DNA of 49,648 nt from Cyanophora paradoxa CCMP329 (Eukaryota > Plantae > Glaucophyta). The notes below the pieces were generated by a model, which had not been told where the DNA came from, made no database searches, and saw only the letters and a program-made list of their open reading frames with translations. Shown piece by piece: positions 1 to 11,900 of this stretch (positions within the stretch are counted from its first letter, which is position 1; each line of letters starts with the position of its first letter). Where the stretch lies: positions 1 through 49,648 of the forward strand of contig QPMI01000323.1 in assembly GCA_004431415.1 (NCBI GenBank), read 5' to 3'. Made by a program: the position numbers and the translations under genes.

Positions 1-1566
1 AGAAGAACTGGAGCCTCTGCGCCGCCCGCTCCTGCTCCTCCTGGCTCGCCCCGACCCCCTCCCTCGCGCCGGGCGGCCGGGGCTCGCCGGCTGCGGCTCG
101 GGCCTCGCCGGCGCGGCGGAGGCGGTAGCGCTTCTGGAGGAGGGTCGCGGCGCGCTGCAGGCGCCCCATGCGCCGCATGCGCTCCTCCGCCTGCCGCAGG
201 ATCTCCTGCGCCACCAGCACCGCCTGCGCCCGGCCCGCATCAGCCCGCTTGCCGTCCGCAAGGAGGGCGCGGGGATGCGCACGCGGCAGACGCGGCGCCA
301 GCGGCGGCGCCGGCGGTAGCGGCGGAAGGCGCGCTGTATGAGCGTCGCAGCATCGCCGGGGTCGACATCCGGCCCCCTGTGCCGGCCCGCCCCGCCCCCG
401 CGTCGGCCCCCTCGCCCGCCCGACCGCACGGCTCGCGCTCGCCGCCCCTGAAGACGCTCTCGGCGAGGCGAGCGGGAAGGGGGCGGGGGCGGGGGCGGGG
501 GATGCGGGCGCACGGCTCGGGGCGGCGGCGCTGGCGGAAGCGGCGGGCGAGTCGGGCGAGGGCGGCGCGGTGGCGGTCGGAGAGGTGGCCGTGGCGGCCG
601 CCGCCCCGGGGTCTCCAGCTCGCTCTCCCGCCCCTCCCCGTCCGAGCCCTCCGACTGGGGCCCAGAGGCGCACCCCACCGGCCCCCGCAGCCCCGGCCCC
701 GGCCCCGGCGACGGCGGCGTGCACGAGCGCTGGCTCCCGCCGGTCCGCAGCAGCGGCGTGCGGCCGCCGAGCGACCCCCGCCCGCTGCTGATCCCCGTGG
801 CCGGCGCCATGGCCGGCGCGGCGGCGGCGGCTGGCGCCTCGTGCGAAGAGAAGTCGCTTGCCAGCGCCACCGTGAGCTCCTGCCGCGCGCGACCGGCGTC
901 TCAGAGGAGAAGAGCGGCGGCGGAGTGAGGCGCCGCGCATGCGCACCATGCGGAGCTGCTCGATCTCAGCCTCCACTTTCGCCAGCGATGCTCGGCGCGC
1001 CTCGCGCCTTTCTCCTGCCCGCCACCCTCTCTCGTCGTTGACTTCGCGCTCCTGCTTCTCCCTGTGTCGTCTGGGCACCGCGTGAGCGCACGTATGCAAG
1101 CGCACGTGTGCGCACTGCTGCAGAGGCTGTACCTGAACAGCCTCTGGATTGCGACCGCTGCGCGGTGTGGCCGCTGAGCAGAATCATCTTCACGAGCCTC
1201 GTACGCGCCCCGCCGCTCCCGCTCGCGGCGCTTTAAGGACCGAAGGTACGCAGCCTCGAGCTCCTGCACTGTGTCCTTACTGCTTTGTTCTTTGATGCGA
1301 AGCTGCTCGAGCCATTCGACGCCTTCGCGCAATTGTGTGCGAAGAGAAGCTGACCGGCGCCGCCAAGCAGCGCGGTCCAGGCTGGTGCCATCATCGATAA
1401 AAAAGGCATCTGAAGGCGCTGCTGATGCTAGCTCCCTGCGTCGCGCTATGTGCGCAACAGCAGCGGCCGCGGCAGAGGAGGAGCTGGATCCCGCACGTAG
1501 AGGTGTGCTTGTTTCAAAGTAGGCCGGCAGCGGCAGCCGCGCGCCGCTGTGGCCGGCTGCCATCAA
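1..1566 (-). CDS. Multi-exon IQ-motif (calmodulin-binding-like) protein; 3' end runs off the window
   Basis: First exon MMAAGHSG...AAVAIQRLFR, then a GT-AG intron (1132-1071). Later exons give further IQ-like motifs DAATLIQRAFRRYRRRR (~350-300) and RAATLLQKRYRLRR (~155-115). Confidence 0.7.
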
Positions 1567-1750
1567 AGTGCGCCGCTAACGCTGTGGAAGTCCCCTACCC
1601 CTACACAACGAAATTTCACTACCCGGTGACCCGGTAGAGCGTGCAATGAGCGCCCGGCAGTTATGCGTTCATCAACATCTGATTTGATAGAGATTAGCTA
1701 GGCGTGCCTGGCGTGCGCGGTGGCGGCCGCGCCGCCCGCGGGTTTGGCTA

Positions 1751-4700
1751 ATGTATGCGGCAAGCGCCGGTGCCGGCCCAGGCGGGGGCGTGACCACCAG
1801 GGAGATCGACTTTGCGAAAGTAGAGAGAACTATCATCCCCGAGGAGCGCAGCTGCTACCTCTTTGAGCGGGACAACCTCCTTAGGCGGCTCAGCGTTTGG
1901 TTCTGCACCAGTCTGACATATGAAGCCTTTAATATAGCGGCAATAGTGATAATATGCTCATCCATCGCTCTGGACGGCGCCAGCAGGTGCGCTCGCCGCC
2001 GAATCATCGGAGCTCCGGGCGCGCTGGCTTAGGCAGGGCGGGCGCGCCGCGCGCAACGCGCGGGGGAGGATAGTCGTCATGCACCGAACTTTCTTCCCGC
2101 GCCGGGGCGCGCGGGGCGGCGCCGCGGTCGGAAATTTCCGCTCGGAGCGTTGGGCTGGGTCCTAGCCTGCGAGGAGCGTGTCGAGGTTGGGGCGGGGCGC
2201 GCAGGGGCGGGGTCTGGTTCGTGCTGGAGATCCTCGTGGACTGCTACTTCACGCTGGAGATGGTCGCGCAGGTCCCCGCGCGCTCCTCCGCGCGCGCCCC
2301 GCCCCGCTCCGCCCCGGCCGAGCCGCCCGCCAGGTCATCGCCCTCGGCCTCGTCATGCACCCCAACTCGTACCTCCGCAGCGGCTGGCACTGGTCAGCCG
2401 GCGCCCGGCGCGCGGGGCGCTGGCGGGGCTGAGAGGGGGCGGGTGGCGGCAGGCTGGACGTCATTGTGGTGGTCCTGGGCTGGCTCGCCCTCTCCCCGAG
2501 CGTCGGCAACTTCACCAGCATCCGCGTCCTCCGCGTTCGCCCGCCCCCTGCCGCGCCGCGCGCACGGGGGGCCGAGGCGGGGGACCCGGGGCGGGGCAGA
2601 CGCTGCGGACGATGAAGGCGATCACGGGGGTGCGCTCGGTGCGCGTCTTCGCGTACGCCATCGTCTCCTCCCTCCCGCTCCTCCTCCAGTGCCTCGTCCA
2701 GCTCGGTCCGCCCGCCCGCCCCCATCCCTCGGCGCGCCCGCTTCGACGAGCGCCCCCCCCCCCCTTCCCCGCAGCGTTCTTCTTCGTGCTCTTCGGGATC
2801 GTCGGGGTGAACGTGTTCGGGGGATCGTTCCGCTGGCGCGTCGTCGACGGCCTCACGGGGCGACCGCTCCTCGGCGACGACCCCGAGGCGCGCCCCGTGC
2901 CCCCTCCCCCCCCCCTCTCCCCCCCTCACGCTCCTCCCCTGTCCCCTGCAGATCCCGAGGTTCCTCTGCTCAAACGAGGCGGGCTCGCGGAGGCCCGACC
3001 CGGGCGCCCTCTGCGTGCCCGCCTCCAACCCCACCTGGGACTTCTCCTCGGTGCCCCGCTCCCCAGGGCGGCCCCTCCCCACCCCGCTCATCCCCCGCTT
3101 CCCTCAGCACGACGACATCCTCAAGAGCTGGCTTATTCTGTGGCAGTGCATCACGCAGTCATCCTGGGTCCGCACTCCCGTCTTTCTTCTCGTCCGCCCC
3201 TGTGCCCCTCTTTCCACCCTGACGCCCCCCCAGGAGCTGTTCATGTTGTGCGTCGGAGGTGTCGCCCGTTCCCCAATCCTCTGGGGTCTGACGCCGTACC
3301 CCCCACCTGCAGCTGGACGTGGGACGCGCAGGGGGCCGGCTCGATCCTGTACTACTGGCTCGTCATCCTTCTGGGAGCCTTCCTCGTCATCAACCTCATG
3401 CTTCTCGTCGTGCACGGTGCCCCTCGCCACATCCCTGCCTGCCCTTTCCACCCCTGATCCCCTCCCTCGAACAGACACGTACATCGACGTGGCGCGTGCG
3501 GAAAAGCGGCGACGGGTACAGCTCCTCCAGGCGCATCGCGCCCGCGTCGAGGAGAGCTTCCAATGTGCGCACCCCTCCCCTCCCCCTCCCGTCCCGACCC
3601 GACCCCCTCGCAGCCGGCGGCTCCCTGCGCGCCCTCCGGCGGTACCTCTCGTGGTCGCACTGGCGCGGCCTCTGGGTCCGCAGGGGTACGCGCCGCTCTC
3701 TCCCAATCCCCTCCCCCCCCCTCACCCGCCGGGCAGGGGGCGACGCGAGCATGGACGAGCCGGAGGGGCTGGCGTGGGCGCGCTGGCTCTACTCCCGCCC
3801 CGCCTACGCCCTCGCGAGGGACTGCGCCACCTGGTGCGCCCCCCGCCCCCCGCGCCTTCCGCGCCGCCTCCTCCGCCCCGACGCCCGCGCGCGCGCAGGC
3901 TCGGCGTCGCGGTGCTCGTGTCGCACTCGGCCGAGTCGAGCGATTCCGCCTCCCGCTTCTTCGGTGCCCCGCCCCCTCTCCTTCTTCCTTTGCTCCCTCC
4001 TCGCCCGCCCATCGCCCCGCCCCGCCGCAGAGGCCGGCAACTACATCGCCGTGGTCTCCTACGCGCTGGACTCGCTCGTCTGCCTCGCCGCCCTGGGCCC
4101 CCGCCCCTTCGTCCGCGTGCGCCCCCGCCCCCGCCTCGCTCGCCCCCCTGCCGCCTTCTCCCCGGAGCCTCCTCACGGGCGCGGGCCCCCGCAGGACCTC
4201 TACAACCTGTCCGACGCCGCCGTCGCCATGCTGGGGATCGCCCAGGTGCCCTCGCCTGCGGCGCCACGCCGCAAGGGCTCGCCCGAGCGGCCCCCGCAGG
4301 CGTGCATCCCCAACGAGCCGCGGAAGTACCTGTACCCCTTCCGCCTGCTCCGCGTCGTCCGCCTGGCCCGCCGCTGCCGCTTCCAGGTGCCCCGGCACCC
4401 GCGCCCCGCCCGACTCGGGGCTCGAGCCCGAGCGGTGCCGGCAGCGCGTGCGCGAGGCGGTCGTCGACACGACGCGCTCCATGCGCGCCGTGGTGCCCTT
4501 CTTTCCTCTTCTCCCGCGCCCCCCCCCCCCCCGCCCCCCCCCCCCCCCCTCCCCCCAACCGCCCTCGGCCAGGCGGGGTTCATCCCGACGCTGCTCGTGT
4601 ACGTGCTGGTGGCCGCCCTCTTCGGCATGCAGCTGGTACACCCCCCCCCCCCCCCCCTCCGCCCATTCCGCACCCCCCTTCCCGCCCCGACCGGCCCGCC

Positions 4701-5905
4701 CAGTTCCGCGGGACTTTTCCCGAGGCGGCGCTGGCGAACTACGACTCCTTCTTCAGCGGCGCCGTCCTCACCACCTTCCAGGCCCGCCCGCCCCGCCCCG
4801 CCCCGTCTTGCCCTGCCCTCTCATCGCGGGGGGGACCCCTCTCGCACGGCAGGTCCTCACCATGGACGACTGGAACACGGGTGGGCCCTCCTCCCTCCCG
4901 CCACCGCCCTCCCGCCCGGCGACACCTGACGCGCCTCCCCCGCCCCGTCGCAGTGATGTGGAGCGCGATGCGGGGCGCCGGCGGGTGGGCCCCCGTCTAC
5001 TTCATCCTCGTCATCGCCGTCGGCAACTGTGCGCCGTCTGCTGAATGCTGGAGCCGCCGCCTGGCTCGGCGTGCAGCGCGGCTGCGGGCCGCGCGCTGAC
5101 CCGGCGGGGGGCAGACATCGTGCTGAACGGGCTCGTCGCGATCCTCATCGACTCCCTCTTCTCCGGCTTCGGGCGCCACCAGACCGAGTTCGAGGTGCGC
5201 GCGGCCGCCCCTTCCCCTCCCCGCCCCGCCCCTCTCCGAAGCGGGGGCGGCGCGCAGCCGCACGATGCTCGGGCGGACCCCCTCGTCAAGGCGACGCGGG
5301 GCGCCTGGCGGGCCAGCCACGTGCGCACCCCCCTGCAGCTCCCTTCACTCGCCCGACTCGGCGCGCGTCAGACCTCGATGGTCGGGCTCGCCTCCTCGCG
5401 CTCCTTCGCCGACTGGGCCCTCCGCGAGGAGCGCCGCCGCAAGGCGCGCCTCCCGCTCAAAAGGACGGCATCACTCCTCGGCTCGAAGCTGAGTCGTTCG
5501 GGCTCGCGCAGTGGGAGAGCCGCGGGGCGCGGGCGGCGGCGATGGCGGTGGACGAGCGCGACCGGACGCTCCGGAGGGACGCCCTCCGCGCCGCCGTCCT
5601 CGAGGTCCCGCCTCCAGCGCGCTCCCGCGCCCCCTCGCCCATCACTGACCTCGCCTTCGCTGGCGCAGAACGCGCGGCGGGTGGCCCACGCCTCGTTCCC
5701 CCACCCCTGCTGCGTCTTCGCCTTCGGCCCCGAGGCGGAGCGGCTGCGCTCCGGCTGGCTCCGCCGCGCCTCCCTCGCCGGCGGCTCCTCGGGGCCGCAC
5801 CTCTCCCTCCCCGCCCTCGCCATGATGGCCCCGCGCCTGCGCTCCTGGGCCGCCCGCGCCCGCCAGCGCGTCCGCCAGCGCGGCGGCCTCCCGCCCTCCG
5901 CAACC

Positions 5906-5948
<43 letters not shown>

Positions 5949-8900
5949 GCGGGCCTTTCCGAAGCCCCTTTACGGCGAGGTCGCCCTGGGGGAGGTCCGG
6001 GTGACGGTGACGCAGCCGCTGGGGGCGCTGCGGCCGGCGCTGGCGCGGCCGGGCTCGGGCTCGGGGGCACCTCCCCCAGCGACGACTCGGACTGCGACTC
6101 CGGCCGCCCCGTGCCCCCCGCCGAGCTCCGCCACCCGTCGCCCCCCAGCGCCCTCAAGATCCTCCGGTGCCCGCCCCGCCCCCTCGCCCTCGTCCCGCCC
6201 CTCTGATCGGGGCGCGCCGGCAGGCCCGAGCCGACGCCGCGGGGCCCGGGGAGCCCCGTGCCGCACATCACCCGCTTCCCCGACTTCGCCGCCTCCGAGC
6301 CGATCCGGCCCGAGCCCGTGCGGCCCTTCCGCAGCGCCTCCTACCCCGCCACGCCCAGCGGCGCGGCCTCCCCCGCCGGCACCCCGCGCGGCCAGGGCGC
6401 GCCGGCCCCGTGGGACGAGCTGAGCGACGGCGGCGACGACTCGCCCCGGCGGCCGGCCCGTCCTACATGCCCCGCGGCGCGCCCTCGCCGGCGACGCGCG
6501 CTCCCTCGCCGCGACGCCCCACCGCCGGGCCTCCACCCCCCACCCGGCCAGGGCCCCGCCCCGTCGCCCTCGGGGCCCCCCTCTCGGGGGCGCTCCCCGG
6601 GCCTCCGCCTCCCCCTCTCCCCCATCCTCCTGGCCGGGCCCTCGCCCGATCTCGGGCCCGAGCGCGAGGCGGCGCCGGCGCCGCGGCGCTCCCTCTCCGT
6701 CCCTGCACGGCCCGTGCGGCCGGGCGACTGGGAGGCCCCCCCCGTCCTCATGGACCTCCGCGTGCACCACTTCCGCGCCGCCTTTGACCGCGACGACGCC
6801 TTCCGCGGGCCCCCGCCCCAGCGCCGCTCCTTCCCCGCCCCCGCCCGCCGCTCCCCGAGCGGCTACGAGTCGGAGGGCCCCGCATACGCGCAGGCCTCCT
6901 TCCCGTCGCCCCGGCCCCGGGCCGCAGCCTCCCCCTGGGGCCCCGGCCTCGGCGCGGCCGGCATCCGCGGCCCTTGGCCCGAGCGTCCCGCCGCACGCCA
7001 GCGCCTCGCCCCCGCAGCCCCCGCCGCGTACGCACCGCACGCCTCCGCGGGCGGGCGGGGGCCGCCGCCGGCCCCGGCGGGCTCGTACGGGGCGCCCCTG
7101 CAGCCGGCGTCGCTCCGCTGGGACCCGTCTCCCCGCCCCGAGCCGCCGGCCCCGCCGACCCCCGAGCGGCCTGCCGAGCGGGCGGCAAAGCCAGAGCCGC
7201 CACAGGCGAAGCCGCGGCGGGCGGCGGCGGAGGCGGGGACGGGCCTGCGGGCGCTGCTGGCGCGGCGGGCGGAGCGGCGGGCGGGCGGCGGGGGTCGGCG
7301 GGGGCGGTCGGGGGGGACCTGAGCAGCGGCTCGACGAGCAGCGGGAGCGGGGGCGGGAGCGGCGGGGCGCCACCCTCTCGACCTCGAGCAGCTCGGCCGT
7401 CCTCCTGGGCCCCCCGCCCCGCCCCCGGGCCGCCGCACCTCCGTGGCGGTCCTTGCGGCCGCCCTCGCGCCCCGCCCCCCGAGAAGCCAAAGCAGCAGCT
7501 CGCCCCGCCGGCGGCGCGGCGCGCGCACCTGGGGAGCACGCGCTCGAGCGTGGAGGACCGGCGCGGGGCCGTCTCGGGGCCCGGCGGGGGCGCCCCCGGC
7601 GGCGCCGGCTCCCACCGCGGCTCCATCCTCGACAGCGTGCGCCCCCCTCGCCTGCTTTCTTCCCCGCTGCCCTCTCTCCTCAGCTTCGGGGCGCAGGCGC
7701 TCCAGGTGGGGAAGAACGTGAAGGCGCAGGCCCTGCGCTGGACGGACCCGACGGCCCTCTTCGGGGCCAGCGCGGCGGCGAGCTCGCCCGCCAGGTCCCC
7801 CCCCGCCCCGCCCGGGCGCCCGGCCTGAGGCGTGCGGCGCAGGCGGCGGCGCGGGTGTGGATCACGGCGGGGTGGGAGGAGGAGGGCCCGGCGGGGGGCC
7901 CGAAGGTGGCGGCGGCGGGGGCGCGGCGGGAGGACGGGGACTGGCCCTACGACGCCTTCGAGCCGGCCTCCCTCGTCGAGTCCGCCGGCCCCGCCCCGCC
8001 CCCGCACACCCCCGCTCCGCCGATGCGACGCCGGCGCAGGTGGCGCGCCGGCTGGTCTCTCTTCCTCCTGCCCCCCGAGAGCCCCCTCCGGGCCCGCCTC
8101 GGGCGCCTCCTCGCCAGCCCCTGGACCGAGCGCCTCGTCCTCCTCCTCGTCGCCCTCAGGCACGCGCACGCACCTTGCTCGGCGGCCCCGCCCCGTGCGA
8201 CGCCCCGCCCCGCAGCACGCTCTGCCTCGCGGTGGACAACCCCTCGCTCGACGCCAACCCCGCCGCTCGCGAGGCCGGCCCCGCCCCGCGCCGCGCCGCG
8301 CCGGCCTCGGGGAGGGCGCTGCGCTCAGGCGGCGTGGCGCAGGCGCTGCACGTGGCGGACATCGTCTTCGCGGCGGCCTTCGCCCTCGAGGCCGCCCTCC
8401 GCATCCTCGTGCCCCCGCCCCGCCCCCCCAGCCCGAGGCCTCCTCCCGCCCGACGCCCCGGCGCCCCGCAGCACAAGGGCATGTTCCTCGACCGCGGCTC
8501 CTTCCTGAGGAGCGGCTGGAACGCCCTCGACTTCGTCGGTGCGCCCGCCCTTCCCTCCGCCCCCCGAGACCCCGCCCCGCACCCCCCCTGATCGAAACTG
8601 CACTCCGACGCCTCTGCGCGGGCAGTGTCGGGGACGCTGATCGCGTCGCTGGTGGGGGAGGCGGCGGGGGCGAGCCGCTCGACCGTGCAGACGCTGCGCG
8701 CCCTCCGCGCCCTCCGGCCCCTCCGCCTCCTCCCCCGCGTCAACGGCATGCGGGTCCGCCCCGCACCCCCCTCCCGCCCCATCCCGCCCCAGCCCGCCCC
8801 CCTCACGATCGTTTTTCTCCCCTAGATCGTCGTGGCGAGCCTCGTCCGGTCGGCGCCCGACGTCTTGCGGGTGTCCATGTGCGTCCCTGTACCCCCTCCC

Positions 8901-11900
8901 GCTCTTTCCCCCTCACTTTCTCCGCAGGATGACCGCTGTAGTATGGACGTTTTTCGCTACCCTGGGGCAGCAGGTGACCCGTACCCCTCCTGCGTCTTCT
9001 ACCCCCCAAAATCGCCAACCTTCTACCCCACTCCCCCCCCCCCCTCTACCCAGCTTTTTGCCGGGCGTTTCAAATATTGCAACGACACCACTGTACTCCT
9101 CCAGGTGCGCGGCGGTACCCGCGGCGCCCTCGCACCCCCATCTCTCTTCCACTGAACTCTCTTCCTCGCGAATCGCCAGTCGGAGTGCGTGGGGACGTAC
9201 CTGGACGCGGTGACGCGGTCGGAGCGGCCGCGCGAGTGGCTCTCCTTCCGCGACAACTTCGACTCATTCCCCGCCGCCGTCCGCCCCGCCCCCGTCCCCG
9301 CCCCCGCCGGGGCGCACCGGGGCCCGAGGGCGGGGTGGCGGCGGGGCGGCAGGTGCTGACGCTCTTCGAGCTGGCGATGCTGGAGGGGTGGACGGAGATC
9401 ATGCGCCGCGCCGCCGACAACGCGGGGGTGCGTGCCCCCCAGAGCCAGGCCACGAGAGAGCTCGCACGCTCCCACGGGAAGACTTCCTGGCCCAGATCGC
9501 CGGCCCCTAGCGCCCTCTTCTAGACGCGTGCCGCCGGGAGGGGCCCTCACGAGGGGGGCCGGGGCGCGGGGCAGGTGGAGAGCGCGCCCGTGAAGGAGGC
9601 GGACCGGGGGGCGTACGCCTTCTTCATCGCCTTCCTCATCGTCGGCGTGTACGGTGCGCGCGTCTCGGCCCGCGGCCCCCGCGCGGGCACGTGCGCACGC
9701 ACTCGCTGCCAGTCAACGCGTCCACTTCTCTTGACTATGGTCAAGCCGTTCAATTCTCTTAGAAGGAGGTTTCAGTGGCAGGAGTGTTGCGCGTGCCGTG
9801 GCCCTGCGCACCTGTCCGTCGGGTCTGAGCGGGGCCGGCGCAGTGGCGCTGAACTGGTACGTCTCGGCGACGGTGAACGCCATCGGGCGGGCGCAGGTGC
9901 GGGCGGCCCTCGCGGGGGGCGTGCTGGCGGGGGCGGGGGCGTGAGGGGCGGGGGCGGGCAGGCGACGCTGGAGGACAAGGGCCACCACCTCGCCCTCAAC
10001 TACGACCAGCGCTCCTGGAAGCAGGCCCGCCCCGCCCCGCCCCGCCCCGCCCCGCGCCCCTCTCGAGCGGGCGGGGGCGGGCGCTGACGGGGGCGGCGCG
10101 GGGGCAGATCCTGGCGCACGCGACCTCGATGGAGCTGCCGCGCCCGCGCCGGCGGGGGCGCCGCCGGGGGGCCCTCGTCCGCCTCGTCGAGCACCGCTGG
10201 CCCGCCCCGCCCCGCCCTGCGCCCCCTCGCCTCCCTCTGCCCCCGGCGAACCCCCTTGGCCTGCCGCGCAGGGTGGAGCCCGTCGTGGTCGCCCTCATCC
10301 TCGCCAACACCCTCGTCATGATGCTCCAGGCCCGCCCCCCCGCCCCAGCGGCGCGCCCCTTGGCGCCCGCTGAGGGGCTCTGGTGGGGGCGCAGCACGCG
10401 GACCAGGGGGCGACGTGGGACGCCGCCCTCCTCTGGGCCAACGCCGCCTTCGCCGCCCGTGCGGCCCCGGCCCCGACCCCCCCCCCCCCCCCCCCCCCGG
10501 CCCCGCCTCCTCACCGCCCCCGCAGTCTTCGTCGTCGAGTGCAGCCTGCGCCTCCTCGCCCACGGCCGGGTGCGCCGACCCCGCCGGCCCCGCGTTGGGA
10601 GGCGGGGGCGGGGGCGAGCGAGGGCGGGGGCAGGAGTACTTCGAGGACCCGTGGCGGGCGCTGGACTTCGCCGTCGTCCTCCTCTCCGCCCTCGGCCTGC
10701 CCCGCCGCCCCTCGAGCGCCCCCGACGCCGCCCCCTGACGCGGCCGCGCAGGCGTCGTGCTGGAGGCGGCCCTCACGCGCACCGCCGGCGCCCGCGTCGG
10801 CGCCGTGCGCCCCGCCCCCCGCCTCTCGCACCCGCGGGAGGGCCCAGCCGTGCTCACCCTCCCTCCCGGGCGCTGTCGGCCGCGGCAGGTGCGGGCCCTG
10901 CGGGTGCTGCGCCTCGCGAGGACCTTCCGCCTCTTCCGCCGCACCGCCGGCCTCATGACCCTCTTCCGCACCCTCGTGTCCGCCCCGCCCCGCCGCGCCG
11001 CGCCCCGCCGCGCCCTCCCCCGCGGGCCTCTGAGGGGCGGGGGCAGGATGTCGCTGCGGGCGCTGGCGAACGTCGGCTCCCTCCTCGCCCTCCTCTTCTT
11101 CGTCTACGGTGCCCACGCCGGGGCGCCCCGCCCCGCCGCCCCAGCGGGCCGAGCCGGGCGGCGCCGGCGCAGCGTGCTTCGGGGTGTCCCTCTTCGGGAC
11201 GATCCACAAGTCGGGCCGCCTCGACTACCACACCAACTTCGACAACGTCGGGTGCGCCCCGCCCCGGCCCCCTCTCCACGCCAGGCACGCGAGAAGACAG
11301 CGTCTGAGCGATACGAGAACGCCCCCCGCCCGCCTCCCGCCCCTGTCTGCGCTGCATTGCCTGAGGGCCCGCCCGCTGCGGCCCGCAGCTACGCCCTGCT
11401 GACCCTCTTCCGAATGGTGCGCCGCCCTTGCGCCCCTCCTTGCTCCCCCTCTGGGAAGGCGGGGGCCAAAGGCAGCGCCAACGCCGCCACGGCGCGCAGC
11501 TGACGACCGAGGGCTGGAACGACATCGTGCGCGGGGCCCGTCGCGCGGGGCCCCTCCGCGTGGCGGCCTCACCTCGGGGGGCAGATGTGGGACTGCACGA
11601 CGCCGCGGGAGTGCCCGAGAGACGCAGACTGCGGGCACGCGTGGGCGCCCCTCTACTTCGTCTCCTGGATGTTCCTCGCCCTCGTGCGCCCCCCCCCCCC
11701 CCCCCCCCCCCGCACCCGAAGGGGCCCGCCCCCTCTCCTCTCCCCATTCCACCTCGAGCCGCTTCAGAGGGACGCGAGCTCGCGCGAGCGTGCGAGCAGG
11801 GGGTTAGAGTGGCAGGCGGGGCGGGGTGCGCCGGGGGCCGCCCTGGGCGCTGACGCCGCCGCCCCGCCCCCGCGCAGACGCTGATGATGAACCTCTTCAT

